Assembly (NCBI GenBank): GCA_965226495.1
Contig: OZ245365.1
Span: 5,824,001-5,888,000 of the forward strand
Reading direction: 5' to 3'
From: Candidatus Marinacidobacterales bacterium
Lineage (GTDB): Bacteria; Acidobacteriota; Vicinamibacteria; Marinacidobacterales; DATDRI01
DNA: 64,000 nt
This document shows positions 18,324 to 28,783 of the stretch, piece by piece. The stretch's first letter is position 1; each line of letters starts with the position of its first letter. The notes beneath the pieces were generated by a model. That model had not been told where the DNA came from and did not search any database. It saw only the letters and a program-made list of their open reading frames with translations. The position numbers were made by a program, and so were the translations under genes.

Positions 18324-20093
18324 CTAGAGATCCTTACGCTTGGACGCTTCCGTCTCCGGCTCGTCGAGCCAGATCTTGTTCATCTTGATATAGGTGTAGC
18401 CCATGGGTGATAGAGAGAAGCCCCGCACGTTGGGTCGAACCAGAAAGCGAGACCGGCCGTAATCGAGAGGGATGATCGGCGAGTCATGAAGGATCATCTT
18501 CTCGATACGACGGTAGAGATTGTTCCGTTCCTTATAGCTGGTCTCTGACCAAGCGAGGTCGAGCAGACTGTCCACCTCGGGGTTGTTGTAGCCGGAGCGG
18601 TTAACGGGCGACGCGGAATGGAACAAGACGCGAAGGAAGTTGTCCGGGTCCGGGAAGTCGGCGATCCAGCCGTTTTGCAGTAGAAACGGACTCTCCTCGA
18701 AGACCGGATCGCTCAACGGGACCAAGTTTCTGACCTTGTAGGGTTGGACCTCGATTCCGATCTTCGCCATGCAGCTCGTGATGCATTCTCTGCGGGCCGC
18801 CGAGTGCGGGTCGTCCCGTCCAAAGACGATCGTCTTGATGGGGGGAAGGTTTCTTCCCTCTGGGAAACCGGCCTTCGCCAGGAGCTGCTTCGCCTTATCA
18901 GCGTCGTGTCCCCAGGATGCACCCATCGGGAAGAATCCTGGGATCCCTGGTGGCACGATACCCGTCGCGGCTGGAGTTCCCGCGGTAAAACGGCTGGAAT
19001 CCAGGAGCGCTCGTTTGTTGAGTGCGTAATTGATGGCGCGCCGCACGCGCGGATCGTCATAGGGTGCCACTTGTGTCGGAAAATAGTAGTAGTTGAGCTC
19101 CAGCAGTTTGTCGGTCTCTACCCGGACCCAGTCGTAGTAGCGGTCGATCGGCGCTTCGATGCAATCGACCAGCTCGTTGAGGGGTTTTTCTTCCTGTGCG
19201 TTCGGTACGTTGACGATCGCGCGGAAGACGACGGCATTTAGATGAGGACGCCCTCCAAGATAGTGAGCATTCGCGTCCAGTCGAACGCCTTGCGGAACTC
19301 CCTTGAGGAACGGTATGGCCGGATCCTCTTCTCGACTCGTCCAGCGCGAGAATCGGAAAGGCCCCGCGCCGATCGGCTCCTTGAAGAAGTTCTCGCCCCT
19401 CTTGAGGACCTCTTTCTTCGGTAAGATCTTCGAGCTGTACATGCTGAAAACGGAGAGGGCGGGGACGAACGGCGTCGTGAAACGGATCTGAAACGTTCGC
19501 TCGTCGATGGCGCGAAGCCCGGCGACGGTTTTCGCTCTGCCTTCTCGAAAATCCTGTGCTCCAACGATGCGCGTGAAGTAATGATAGTTCGTCTCGTTCA
19601 AGCCTGGCGTGAGGAGTCTTTCGAAGGAGAAGACACAATCCTCGGCAGTGACCGGCTCACCGTTATGAAAGCGGGCTTCGGGGTGGAGCTCGAAGGTATA
19701 GGTCTTGCCGTCCGGTGAGATATCCCAATAACGAGCGAGCGCGGGCACGATGTTCAGATGCTGGTCGAACGCGGTGAGGCCCTCGTAGATTTGTTGGATC
19801 AGCATGATCTCGCTGCCACTCGTCGCCCTTGCTGGGTCGAGGGTCTGAACTGGTCGGAAGATAGGGAAACGGAAGACCCCGCCTTGAATGGTCTCCGGCT
19901 CATTGGCGACAGCGGTAGTCGCCGTGTATTTGTGTTTCGCGGCCAGAAAGAAAAATGCCGCGGTAACCAAGCAGAGGACCAAGAGCCCCCCCGGGATCAA
20001 CCAGGAGCGGGATCCCGTCCTGGCGAACCGCTTAGCCGTTTCCCCATCGGTATCGCTGGTAGATGGTGTGACTGGGTCGTTTTCTAGTTCCAT
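18324..20093 (-). CDS. Family 5 (peptide/nickel) ABC substrate-binding protein
   Basis: TLDPA, IYEGL, FHNGEPVTAED..FSFER, PIGAGPF, WIADFPDPDNF; N-terminal TM anchor. Confidence 0.88.
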   Translation of the reverse strand: MELENDPVTPSTSDTDGETAKRFARTGSRSWLIPGGLLVLCLVTAAFFFLAAKHKYTATTAVANEPETIQGGVFRFPIFRPVQTLDPARATSGSEIMLIQQIYEGLTAFDQHLNIVPALARYWDISPDGKTYTFELHPEARFHNGEPVTAEDCVFSFERLLTPGLNETNYHYFTRIVGAQDFREGRAKTVAGLRAIDERTFQIRFTTPFVPALSVFSMYSSKILPKKEVLKRGENFFKEPIGAGPFRFSRWTSREEDPAIPFLKGVPQGVRLDANAHYLGGRPHLNAVVFRAIVNVPNAQEEKPLNELVDCIEAPIDRYYDWVRVETDKLLELNYYYFPTQVAPYDDPRVRRAINYALNKRALLDSSRFTAGTPAATGIVPPGIPGFFPMGASWGHDADKAKQLLAKAGFPEGRNLPPIKTIVFGRDDPHSAARRECITSCMAKIGIEVQPYKVRNLVPLSDPVFEESPFLLQNGWIADFPDPDNFLRVLFHSASPVNRSGYNNPEVDSLLDLAWSETSYKERNNLYRRIEKMILHDSPIIPLDYGRSRFLVRPNVRGFSLSPMGYTYIKMNKIWLDEPETEASKRKDL

Positions 20094-20299
20094 AGGGGCT
20101 TGCTTTCGTAAACTCTCAGGTATGACGCGATCGGCGGTTTACCCACGCCAATCTAAACAAGGAGCAGCTCCCCCCTGTGCGCCCAGATTAGATGATCGGG
20201 GTCCACTTCGCAAATGATGATGCTACGGGCCTTTCGCGGTGTGTAGCCGTCGAGGGGCGAGCAGGATACAATGCGTTGAGTCCTTCGGAAGGAGGGAAG

Positions 20300-22150
20300 A
20301 TGCGCCTACAAAACGTAGAAAAGACAACGCTTGCGCTGATGGCTACGGGTATGCTGTTCTCGGCCGCCGCTAGCTCTGAGCAGACCGCAAAACCTGTGCT
20401 TCACGGGGAGCACTGGATGGCGATCACCGGCAAGCCTCTGGCCGCCACGGCGGGAGCGATGACCTTCCAAAGGGGTGGCAATGCCGTCGATGCCGCCACG
20501 GCCATGTTGGCTGCCACTTGTACGATGTTTGATTCTCTAAGCTGGGGTGGGGAAACGCAGGCTCTTATCTACGACCCGAACACCAAGAAGGTGTATGGGA
20601 TCAATGCCTTGGGTGTGGCTCCCACTGGCGCCACGATCGATTACTTTCGGGGAAAGGATATGCCTTACCCTCCCGAGTACGGTCCTCTTGCCGCAGTCAC
20701 TCCAGGAACCCCGGGTGGCCTGCTGGTCATGTTGGCCGAGTACGGCCGCTTGAGTCTCAAGGACGTGCTGGAGCCCGCCATCCAGCTGGCCGACGGCTAT
20801 CCCATCGAGGAAGCGCGGTCGGCGAACATCGAGGAGGAGAAAGAGAGGATCAAGCAGTGGCCGTACTCGCGCCAGGTTCTCTTGCCGCACCTGGGTGAAG
20901 AGTATGAAGCCCCTCGTCCAGGGGAGATATTTCGCCAAGCCGATCTCGCAGCAACGCTTCGGAAACTCGTGGAGGCAGAGCAACAAGCACTGGCTGCGGG
21001 AAAGAACCGCAAGGAGGCCATATACGCCGCCTACGATCGATTCTACAAGGGCGACATCGCTCAAGAGTTCGTCCGGAGCTCGCAAGAACAGGGCGGGCTC
21101 CACACCCTGAAAGACTTGGCCAGCTGGAAGGTTTATCTCGAAGAACCCGTGAAAACGTCCTACAAAGGGATCGATGTCTACAAGCTGACGACGTGGGTTC
21201 AGGGACCCGTACTGTTGCAGGCACTCAACCTTCTCGAGAACATCGACGTGAAGTCGATGGGTTACAACTCCAGCCGATACATCCATACCCTTTACCAAGT
21301 CATGAACTTGGCTTTCGCCGATCGCGACTTCTATTACGGCGACCCCTACTTCCCACCCGAGGAGCCGGTGGAGGGGCTTCTGTCCAAGGAGTATGCCAAA
21401 GCGAGATTGAAGCAGATCGATTGGGAGCGAAACGATCCGAAGGTGAAACCCGGAGACCCGTATCCTTTTCAAGCACAACGAAACCCTTTCCTTCATTACT
21501 TGGATACTTGGGGAACCGAGCAGCCGGTCACGGCCGCCGCCGCGCGCTCCTTCGAAGAGGGTTTCTATGCCGGCACGACCTCCATCCAAGCCGCCGATGA
21601 GGAAGGATGGGTGGTGTCGGTGACGCCCAGCGGGGGATGGATCCCGGCCGCCATCGCAGGTAAGACCGGCATCGGAATGAGCCAGAGGATGCAGAGTTTC
21701 GTCCTCGACGCGGCGAAGAATCCATTCAATGTGCTCGAGCCCGGGAAAAGGCCACGTGCTACCCTGACGCCGAGCCTGGCGCTCAAGGAAGGAAAGCCGT
21801 TTCTCTCATTCGCGGTGCAGGGGGGCGATACGCAAGATCAGAATCTGTTGCAGTTCTTTCTGAACATGGTGGAGTTCGGAATGAACGTGCAGGAGGCGGC
21901 CGAAGCTCCGAACATCACAAGCTTTCAGATGCAGAGCTCTTTTGGGGCACACGAATCTGAGCCTGGAAGGCTGACGTTGAATGACTCCGTATCCCCCTGG
22001 GTGCGCGACGAGCTCGAGAAGATGGGCTACGACCTGGATTTTGAGCCGCGGACGTCGGGTCCCATCAATGCTATTTTCTTCGATTGGAAGCACGGAACCA
22101 TGTGGGGCGGGTCGAGCCACCACGGGGAGGACTACGGGATAGCCTGGTAG
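20300..22150 (+). CDS. ggt: Gamma-glutamyltransferase family protein (exported)
   Basis: Signal peptide, GGNAVDAA, TTSIQAAD nucleophile, PGKRPRATLTP, QGGDTQ; RBS ggagg before ATG 20300. Confidence 0.88.
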   Translation: MRLQNVEKTTLALMATGMLFSAAASSEQTAKPVLHGEHWMAITGKPLAATAGAMTFQRGGNAVDAATAMLAATCTMFDSLSWGGETQALIYDPNTKKVYGINALGVAPTGATIDYFRGKDMPYPPEYGPLAAVTPGTPGGLLVMLAEYGRLSLKDVLEPAIQLADGYPIEEARSANIEEEKERIKQWPYSRQVLLPHLGEEYEAPRPGEIFRQADLAATLRKLVEAEQQALAAGKNRKEAIYAAYDRFYKGDIAQEFVRSSQEQGGLHTLKDLASWKVYLEEPVKTSYKGIDVYKLTTWVQGPVLLQALNLLENIDVKSMGYNSSRYIHTLYQVMNLAFADRDFYYGDPYFPPEEPVEGLLSKEYAKARLKQIDWERNDPKVKPGDPYPFQAQRNPFLHYLDTWGTEQPVTAAAARSFEEGFYAGTTSIQAADEEGWVVSVTPSGGWIPAAIAGKTGIGMSQRMQSFVLDAAKNPFNVLEPGKRPRATLTPSLALKEGKPFLSFAVQGGDTQDQNLLQFFLNMVEFGMNVQEAAEAPNITSFQMQSSFGAHESEPGRLTLNDSVSPWVRDELEKMGYDLDFEPRTSGPINAIFFDWKHGTMWGGSSHHGEDYGIAW

Positions 22151-22155
22151 CTATG

Positions 22156-22220
22156 AAGTCGGGGACTGGCACCCTTTTCGTGTTGGAGCATAGCGGAAGA
22201 AGCCTGCCTGTCCCCGATTT
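22156..22220. repeat. GGGGAC(A/T)GGCA-type inverted repeat between convergent genes
   Basis: aagtcggggactggca ... tgcctgtccccgattt; related to 5950-6018. Confidence 0.6.
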
Positions 22221-22221
22221 G

Positions 22222-23910
22222 CTACGGAGTTTCACCCGACAAGATGAACATCCGGCCGGTGCGAGCGCCTCCGATGGCGCTCCAGGCGGATGTCACCAGG
22301 AAATCGATCGATCCATCACCATCCACGTCGCCCATGCCGGTAGCGTCGAAGCCCAAGGTATCTCCCTGGACCCTGCTGGTGTAGGCTCGCATGAGTGAGC
22401 CGTCCTTGCCGGAGCGAAGATAGACCTTTCCGCCGGCCGGAGCAGCCCCGCTGTATTGCCACGCACCGACGATGAGGTCGTCGTGCCCGTCCTCATCGAC
22501 ATCGCCCGCATCGGCGGGGCCGATGCCGAACCCGTCCCCCGCCCCTTCGCCGGTAAGTGTCAACAGGCGCTCGCCGTTGGCGCCGGAGTGAACATAGATG
22601 CGCCCGGTTTGAGCCCCGAGCGCATTATCCGACCAGTCCGAGGCATAGACGTCTGCCACACCGTCTGCGTTCACATCGCCCACGACGGAAACGAACATGC
22701 CTCCGAGTTGCGACCCCGTCTCCTCGGCGTCGATTACGAAATCGATTTCACCGGAAGCGCCGGAGTAGACATATACGCGCCCCTTGTTCTCGGGGCCGGC
22801 GTTTGGTGCGCCTACGACGATGAGCTCGTGTTCACCGTCGAAGAGTCCGGCGGCAGAGCTGCCAAAGCCATCTCCCTCTTCTTCACCCGTCAGGGTCAGT
22901 AGAAGCGCACCGTCCTTCCCAGAAAAAACGTATGCTCGGCCTGCATCTTCCGCTTCCACGTCGCTGCCCGGCGCACCTACGATGACATCATCGTGGCCGT
23001 CTCCGTTTAGGTCTCCCAGGTCGGAGACCTTGCGGCCAAACATATCGCCCTTCACTTCGGCGGTGAGCGTGAGCAGCAGGCTGCCATCCCTTCCCGAAAA
23101 GACGTAAGTCTCGGCCGCTCCGGGTGCGCCGGCGATGACGTCCGGAATACCGTCGGCATTGGTGTCTCCAGCCGCTTCGATGCCCAAGCCAAGTTGGTTG
23201 CCGGGTTTGCCCGACTGAGTCCAAATGAGCTCTCCGGTGCGACCGGAGTAGACGTATATGCGTCCCGATCTTGGTCCGTCCATCTCCAAGTTGGGGGCCG
23301 ACGTGGTGAGGTCGTTCACGCCGTCGCCGTCGACATCACCGATGTTTCGAGCGATCCATCCGAAGGTGCCGCCCTTGGCCTCGCCGATCCACTCATTGAG
23401 AATGCGGGTGTCCTCAACGAAGGGGTCGCGGAAATCTGCCGGCTTCGGGAGCAGTTCTTGGAAACGGGAGTCTTCTCGAAGGCTCTTGAAGTTGGGGTCG
23501 ATCTCGATCTTTGTCATGTCGACCCGACCCGTCTCCTGTGCCTTCGTCAGCCACTCGAAGGCCTTGTCCTTGTCACCATTCAGAGCGTAGGCGCACGCTG
23601 CGTTGTACATGGCATCCGGTGCGGTGTCGGGAAACTCGGTTGCCTTGAGGTAAGCGGGCAAGGCGCGGTCGAGGAATCCCATAGAGTGAAGGGCCATTCC
23701 TAGGAGTGACCAAGCCCTGGCGTTGTCCGGTTGGTTCTTCGTCACTTCGTTGAGGATGACGACAGCGCCCGTGAAGTCTCGCGCCTGCACGAGCTCGATG
23801 GCCTTTTCGACCTGGTCGTCCGAAGCGCTCTCGGACTCGGGCGCCGGTGAAGAACATCCGAGCCAGCCTATTCCGACGGCGAGAAGAAGAGAGTAAACCT
23901 TCCTCGTCAT
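22222..23910 (-). CDS. Lipoprotein with TPR region and FG-GAP (integrin-alpha-like) beta-propeller
   Basis: Lipobox-like WLGC, YNAACAYAL TPR, about six GDxxGDGxxD...GAP repeats. Confidence 0.85.
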   Translation of the reverse strand: MTRKVYSLLLAVGIGWLGCSSPAPESESASDDQVEKAIELVQARDFTGAVVILNEVTKNQPDNARAWSLLGMALHSMGFLDRALPAYLKATEFPDTAPDAMYNAACAYALNGDKDKAFEWLTKAQETGRVDMTKIEIDPNFKSLREDSRFQELLPKPADFRDPFVEDTRILNEWIGEAKGGTFGWIARNIGDVDGDGVNDLTTSAPNLEMDGPRSGRIYVYSGRTGELIWTQSGKPGNQLGLGIEAAGDTNADGIPDVIAGAPGAAETYVFSGRDGSLLLTLTAEVKGDMFGRKVSDLGDLNGDGHDDVIVGAPGSDVEAEDAGRAYVFSGKDGALLLTLTGEEEGDGFGSSAAGLFDGEHELIVVGAPNAGPENKGRVYVYSGASGEIDFVIDAEETGSQLGGMFVSVVGDVNADGVADVYASDWSDNALGAQTGRIYVHSGANGERLLTLTGEGAGDGFGIGPADAGDVDEDGHDDLIVGAWQYSGAAPAGGKVYLRSGKDGSLMRAYTSRVQGDTLGFDATGMGDVDGDGSIDFLVTSAWSAIGGARTGRMFILSGETP

Positions 23911-24313
23911 TCCGTTCTCCTTGTTGATTGTCAGTCTACCGAAACCACGCCGCATTCGAGTCGAGAAGTTGCATACGATCGATGTTAGAGGGCGGCTAGG
24001 ACGAAGTCAAAGAGGTAGCAGACAAGCAATGGCGACCTCGTCTACCCGTACCGGGCGTGCTACTCTCTTTCTCGAAGTAAACCTACGTGAACGTTGATTG
24101 CGGAGGCAGGTTGATATGGGCAGCCGGTCCGACGACCGAGATAGCGGTCGGCGACAAGGTGTCGATCTCGCGGGGCGTGGAGATGCGCGATTTTTCGAGC
24201 CCTTCTCTCGGGCGAACCTTCGAGAGCATATACTTTGTCACGGGCATTCAGATGTGAGAACAGTCACGGTAAAATAGCACTGCCGACAAAAGGTCTTAAC
24301 GGCTTGATTGACC

Positions 24314-25222
24314 CTAGACCTTGATCGTTCCCTCCGCGACTTCTACGGCTGTGCCACCCACCCGCACCTCGGTCGGGTTGTTTTCGGTTCCATCGACCTC
24401 GACGTAGATCGTACTCGGGCGTCCCATCTCGTACCCCTGCTCCACGATCAAGTGGGCAGTGGGACTGGCGTTCAGTACACCGTGCCGAACCAAGTAGGCA
24501 CCCAGAGCCCCCGCCGCACTTCCCGTCGCGGGGTCCTCGGGCACACCGAGCTCGGGGGCGAACATACGAGCATGGACAGTGGAGTTCGGTTGCACGGTTT
24601 GCCGGGTGAAGATCATGAAGCAGTCGGTCTCCATGGTCTTGAAGATCTTTCGCATGGCGACGAGGTCGAGCTCGATGGCTTCGAGGTCTTTGAGCCCTTG
24701 CGCAGGAACCATGAGTTGAGGAACGGCGGTCGACACGACCTCGGCGGGAAGTCCGTCGGGGAGTAGTCGATCCTCTTCGAGACCGACCGCCGCGGCCAGG
24801 AGCTGGCGGCTGGTCGTGCTCCGGAAGAACTGAGGGGTCGCCTGCGTCATATAGACGCGAGCGACCTTGCCTTCCCGGACGTGGATATCGACGGGGAGGA
24901 CACCGGCTCCACACTCTTGAAAAATACGGTTGGTGCCTTCTTCGAGAGGGAATCGGCCCTTCTGGGCCAGAACGAAGCAGGTCCCCACCACGGGATGCCC
25001 GGCCAGTGGGAGCTCTTTCGCGGGCGTGAAAATTCGAAGGCGGAAGGTGGCCGAGGGATCCTCGGAGGGTAAAACGAAAGTCGTCTCGGAGAGGTTCATC
25101 TCGTTGGCGATAGCTTGCATTTGCTCCGTTGAGAGCCCCGAGCCGTCGGGGATGATGGCGAGCGGATTCCCGGCAAAAGCGCGATCGGTGAAGACATCAG
25201 CCTGGATGAAGGGGACTTCCAT
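24314..25222 (-). CDS. PhzF family isomerase
   Basis: DVFT..FAGNPL, NLSETTF, ELPLAGHP, EDPATGSA. Confidence 0.9.
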   Translation of the reverse strand: MEVPFIQADVFTDRAFAGNPLAIIPDGSGLSTEQMQAIANEMNLSETTFVLPSEDPSATFRLRIFTPAKELPLAGHPVVGTCFVLAQKGRFPLEEGTNRIFQECGAGVLPVDIHVREGKVARVYMTQATPQFFRSTTSRQLLAAAVGLEEDRLLPDGLPAEVVSTAVPQLMVPAQGLKDLEAIELDLVAMRKIFKTMETDCFMIFTRQTVQPNSTVHARMFAPELGVPEDPATGSAAGALGAYLVRHGVLNASPTAHLIVEQGYEMGRPSTIYVEVDGTENNPTEVRVGGTAVEVAEGTIKV

Positions 25223-25247
25223 GCGAGCTATCATACACTGAGCGAAC

Positions 25248-26282
25248 ATGACTCCTGAAGTCAGCATCCTCCTTCTTTGTTTCAATGCTGCCACCTACCT
25301 TTCGGAGTGCTTTGCGAGCCTCTTCTGCCAGAGTCTCGATCGATTCGAGATCATCGTGGTCGATGATGGCTCCGAGGACGACACGCAGCGTCTTCTTTCT
25401 CAGGTTGCAGAATCCGACGAAAGAGTTCGAGTCTTCACGCAAGGTCATTGCGGTATTGCAACGGCGCTCCTCACCGCAAGCCGAAAGGCGCGAGCTCCGC
25501 TACTGGCCCGAATGGATGCCGACGACATTTGCCAACCCGAGCGGCTTGCCGTGCAGACGCAGTTTCTTCGAGCTCATCCCGACGTCGGGGTCGTCGCATC
25601 GCGCGTCCGCATGTTCCCCCGCGACGGGTTGTCCGATGGGCTCTTGCGGTACGAACGTTGGGTGAACGGGCTTCTAGCGCACGACCAAATTCTGCGGGAT
25701 CTTTTCGTGGAGAGCCCTCTACCTCATCCCTCGGTGATGATGCGACGGGAATGCCTTGAACGCGCGGGTGGTTATAGGGAATCCGGTTGGCCCGAGGACT
25801 ACGACCTGTGGATGCGGATGGCGAGAGCGAAGGTGCGGTTCGGGAAAACTCCCGAGGAGCTGCTTTTATGGAGAGATTGGAGCGAGAGAGCGAGCCGCAC
25901 CGACCCACGCTTCAGTGAGGAAAGCTTCCTGTCATTGAAAGAACACTATCTCGTGGAAAAGTTTCTCGCCGATCGCGCTCCCGTCGCGATCTGGGGCGCG
26001 GGCCCGGTCGGTAAAGGCTGGGCGCGCAGGTTAGCGGCCAGGGGAGTCGAAGTCAGTCATTTCGTCGAGGTGGACCCGCGCAAGATCGGTAAACGCATTC
26101 ACGATGCGAAGGTCGTCGCTGCGACCGAGCTCGACACGCTTCGAGGAACGTTCCTTCTCGTCGCGGTCGGCGCATTGAGTCGTCAGGCGGGGGCGGCGTT
26201 TGTCTCGGCGCGTGAGGAGATTCGCGCCCAGCTCGGTGAGGCCAGCTTCGTGGACGGTCGCGATTACGTTTGCGTGGCTTAG
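25248..26282 (+). CDS. Glycosyltransferase family 2
   Basis: VDDGSED, RMDADD, HPSVM, EDYDLW; C-terminal WGAGPVG Rossmann-like tail. Confidence 0.88.
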   Translation: MTPEVSILLLCFNAATYLSECFASLFCQSLDRFEIIVVDDGSEDDTQRLLSQVAESDERVRVFTQGHCGIATALLTASRKARAPLLARMDADDICQPERLAVQTQFLRAHPDVGVVASRVRMFPRDGLSDGLLRYERWVNGLLAHDQILRDLFVESPLPHPSVMMRRECLERAGGYRESGWPEDYDLWMRMARAKVRFGKTPEELLLWRDWSERASRTDPRFSEESFLSLKEHYLVEKFLADRAPVAIWGAGPVGKGWARRLAARGVEVSHFVEVDPRKIGKRIHDAKVVAATELDTLRGTFLLVAVGALSRQAGAAFVSAREEIRAQLGEASFVDGRDYVCVA

Positions 26283-26332
26283 GGCACGAGCTCGCCGTCG
26301 GAAAAGTCTTCCATCTTGCAATCCGGATCGGA

Positions 26333-26863
26333 TCACTCGAGTTCGACGCCCAGTCCCTGCGCCAGCCGATTCACGTACGCGTAGTAGCAGGTGACCTGGC
26401 ACGCGTCCAAGATGTCGGCGTCTTGCAGGCCCGCTTTTCGCATGGGCTCCAAGTCCTCTTGCTTGACGTTCCAGGGCTCTCGCGTCAGCTTGAGGGCGTA
26501 ATCGACGAGTGCCCTTTGTCGAGGCTCGAGGGGCGCGCTCCGAGGATCTTGCTTCAGGGCGCTTACCAGCTCTTGATCACCACTCAATCGGAGGAGACCC
26601 CTCGCGTGGTGCTCGATTCAATAGTGACATTCGTTTTCTTTAGACGCTGCAACGGCGATCATCTCCCGCTCGATGCGCGTGAGGCCGGAGGGTCCTCGCA
26701 TGAGATGAGCGTACAGCTTCAAATGCCCTTCGAGAGACGGAGGGTTTAGGCTGTGGATCTTGAGAATGTTGTCGACCCGTCCCGAGGGTTCACGGTAGCG
26801 CCCATACATCTCCGCGAGCTCTCCGTCGGCTTCGTCCTCTCGAATCATCCGAATCCATGCCAC
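26333..26863 (-). CDS. AhpD/carboxymuconolactone-decarboxylase-like peroxidase-related selenoprotein (CxxU)
   Basis: ORFs 26618-26863 and 26333-26587 are in one frame separated by TGA: EREMIAV...ENECHY-U-IEHHARGL...; hairpin immediately 3' of the TGA. Confidence 0.85.
26579..26611 (-). promoter_or_regulatory. Candidate bacterial SECIS hairpin
   Basis: After UGA: CACCAC..GAGG-GGTCT-CCTC..GTGGTG, with G in the apical loop. Confidence 0.55.
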
Positions 26864-26904
26864 CCGCGCACCTCCTCCGGTAATTGGAGCCCTATTAGAT
26901 AATA

Positions 26905-28647
26905 ATGATGGAAGGATCGAAAATGTCGATGCGGGGAGCCTTCGTTGTCGCGATTGTCTCCTATGTGCTTTTTTGCCTCTTCTGGTTCGATACCGGCGTC
27001 AAAGAGATCCTTTCCTTCCTACCTGCGTTCCTTCGGTCTCCTGTGATCCCGGCCGTGGTTTTCGCAATCGCACTCGGGGTTCTCTTGCGCCAGAAGGGTT
27101 TCCCCAAGCTCTTCAAAGAGAAAGCGGACAATCGCCTCGCGGTTTTGTTCTTTGTACTGAGCCTGATCACTCGCATCCCGCTCCTCGTCGGGGCTTACGG
27201 AATCCCTAGCTCGGACGCCGCGGTCCACGGCGTGATGGCTCTGCACATCCTCGAGGGGAAACACCATCCTGTGTTCAGTTATGCCGAATCCTATGACGGA
27301 AGCCTGAAGGCGCATCTTACGGCGCTCCTCACGATGCTGAGCGGGGACCCGGTGGTGAGCTTCACTGCGGCGGGCATCCTTCTTTATGGCGGATTCGTCG
27401 TCGCGCTCTATGCGCTTGCCCGAACCGTGCTGACCCGGGGTGAGTCGGCGTTCGCCGCGGCCTACGCGATTTTGTCTCCCGGATTTCTCACTGCCTGGGG
27501 CGTGAAGGCCGACGGCAGTTACGTCGAGGTGCTCTTTTTCGGCACGGCGCTTTTGGCTGTTGGTGCGCGCCTTTTGGGAGATCCGAATGACCGGGCTCGT
27601 CGGCGGGCGTTCTGGATGGGTGTCCTGGGAGGTCTCGCCCTGTGGGCCCACATCCTTTCCACGTACTACTTGTTGGTGGCTCTTATCGTCTTGGTTGCCG
27701 CGGATTGGACTCGCAAGAGTTTCGAGCGCTTGGCGCTATTTCTGGTCGGTTTTCTCTTGGGGAACCTCCCTCTCTTTCTCTGGAACCTCACGCGTTACGG
27801 ACAAAGCTACCGCTGGTGGACCCAGGACGAGTCCACTCTCGCCGAACGTGTCGTTCGAACGGCGAACCAGATTCAGGCGGTCGCCGTCGAATCTCTTCCC
27901 GTACTGGCTGGCTGGTGGCCGATGGATTTCCCGACGCACCCGGCAATGGCATTCATCCTGGGAGTCGCCCTCATGGTGATCTTTCCCGCCGCCTTCTGCG
28001 GGTTCATCTTCCAGAAGCGGGACCGTCTGCGGGAGGTGGCGCGGGCCCGGTTGACTCCAGAGAGCATGCTCGTCGTCTTTGCGATGCTCGTCGTAGCCGT
28101 CTTCGCGCAGAGTGCGTTCGGTTGGCTCACCAAAGAGCCGCGCTACCTCATTTTTCTATTTTCGGTTATTCCCATTTTCCTAGCGTCGTCTCTGGCAGGT
28201 CTGGCAGGCATGAGAAGATACTCGCGTTGGGCGGCGGGCCTAGTGGCGGGCCTCGTTCTGGCCCTCAATATTTACGGCAGCGGGCTCTACAGCGTGCGGG
28301 CCCTCGAGAGCGCTGCCGCAAATCGCGAGTTCGTTCGGGAGCTCGAGGAGCTTGGGGTGCGGTACGCGTATACCGATTTCTACATCTCTTATAAATACAT
28401 TTTTCTCTCCCATGGCCGGTTGTTGATGACTTCGGAGCTCGGTCCCGAGCAGACCGAACGCTACCCACCGTATCGTGACGAGATGGCGAAGGCGGAAAAC
28501 GTGGCTCTCATCCCCCGAAGCTTCCGCATGGCAGAGCGTATCGGCCGGCGTCTCGATGCCCAGGGCGTGACCTACCGGCGCGAGGATCTCCTCTATCCGG
28601 TTATTTATGATTTGAGCGAGCCGGTCCGGCTCGAGTGGCTGCGCTAA
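26905..28647 (+). CDS. Polytopic membrane protein, ArnT/PMT-like (GT-C) glycosyltransferase
   Basis: Many TM helices, first-loop SSDAAVHG/ESYDGS acidic motif, EPRY motif. Confidence 0.65.
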   Translation: MMEGSKMSMRGAFVVAIVSYVLFCLFWFDTGVKEILSFLPAFLRSPVIPAVVFAIALGVLLRQKGFPKLFKEKADNRLAVLFFVLSLITRIPLLVGAYGIPSSDAAVHGVMALHILEGKHHPVFSYAESYDGSLKAHLTALLTMLSGDPVVSFTAAGILLYGGFVVALYALARTVLTRGESAFAAAYAILSPGFLTAWGVKADGSYVEVLFFGTALLAVGARLLGDPNDRARRRAFWMGVLGGLALWAHILSTYYLLVALIVLVAADWTRKSFERLALFLVGFLLGNLPLFLWNLTRYGQSYRWWTQDESTLAERVVRTANQIQAVAVESLPVLAGWWPMDFPTHPAMAFILGVALMVIFPAAFCGFIFQKRDRLREVARARLTPESMLVVFAMLVVAVFAQSAFGWLTKEPRYLIFLFSVIPIFLASSLAGLAGMRRYSRWAAGLVAGLVLALNIYGSGLYSVRALESAAANREFVRELEELGVRYAYTDFYISYKYIFLSHGRLLMTSELGPEQTERYPPYRDEMAKAENVALIPRSFRMAERIGRRLDAQGVTYRREDLLYPVIYDLSEPVRLEWLR

Positions 28648-28666
28648 TGGATGCTCTTGTTCCGTT

Positions 28667-28781
28667 ACTTCCTCTCCCTCTGGGGACCGAGGCCGTCAAA
28701 ATACGCTGTGCCAAAGAGAAGGTGGCCAGACGGCGGGTGAGGGATACTCGAGCTTACTCCCTCTCCCTCTGGGAGAGGGCC
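28667..28781. repeat. Tandem REP-like units with mini-element insert (28692-28734)
   Basis: cctctccctctgggg..[gccgtcaaaat..gacggc]..gggtgaggg then ccctctccctctgggagagggcc. Confidence 0.7.
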
Positions 28782-28783
28782 GA

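Noticed and set aside
23956-24300. Possible riboswitch (AGAGGTAGC...GCTACTCT) or 48-codon minus-strand ORF
   Set aside because: Lacks the other lysine-riboswitch motifs; the ORF has no RBS or recognisable features
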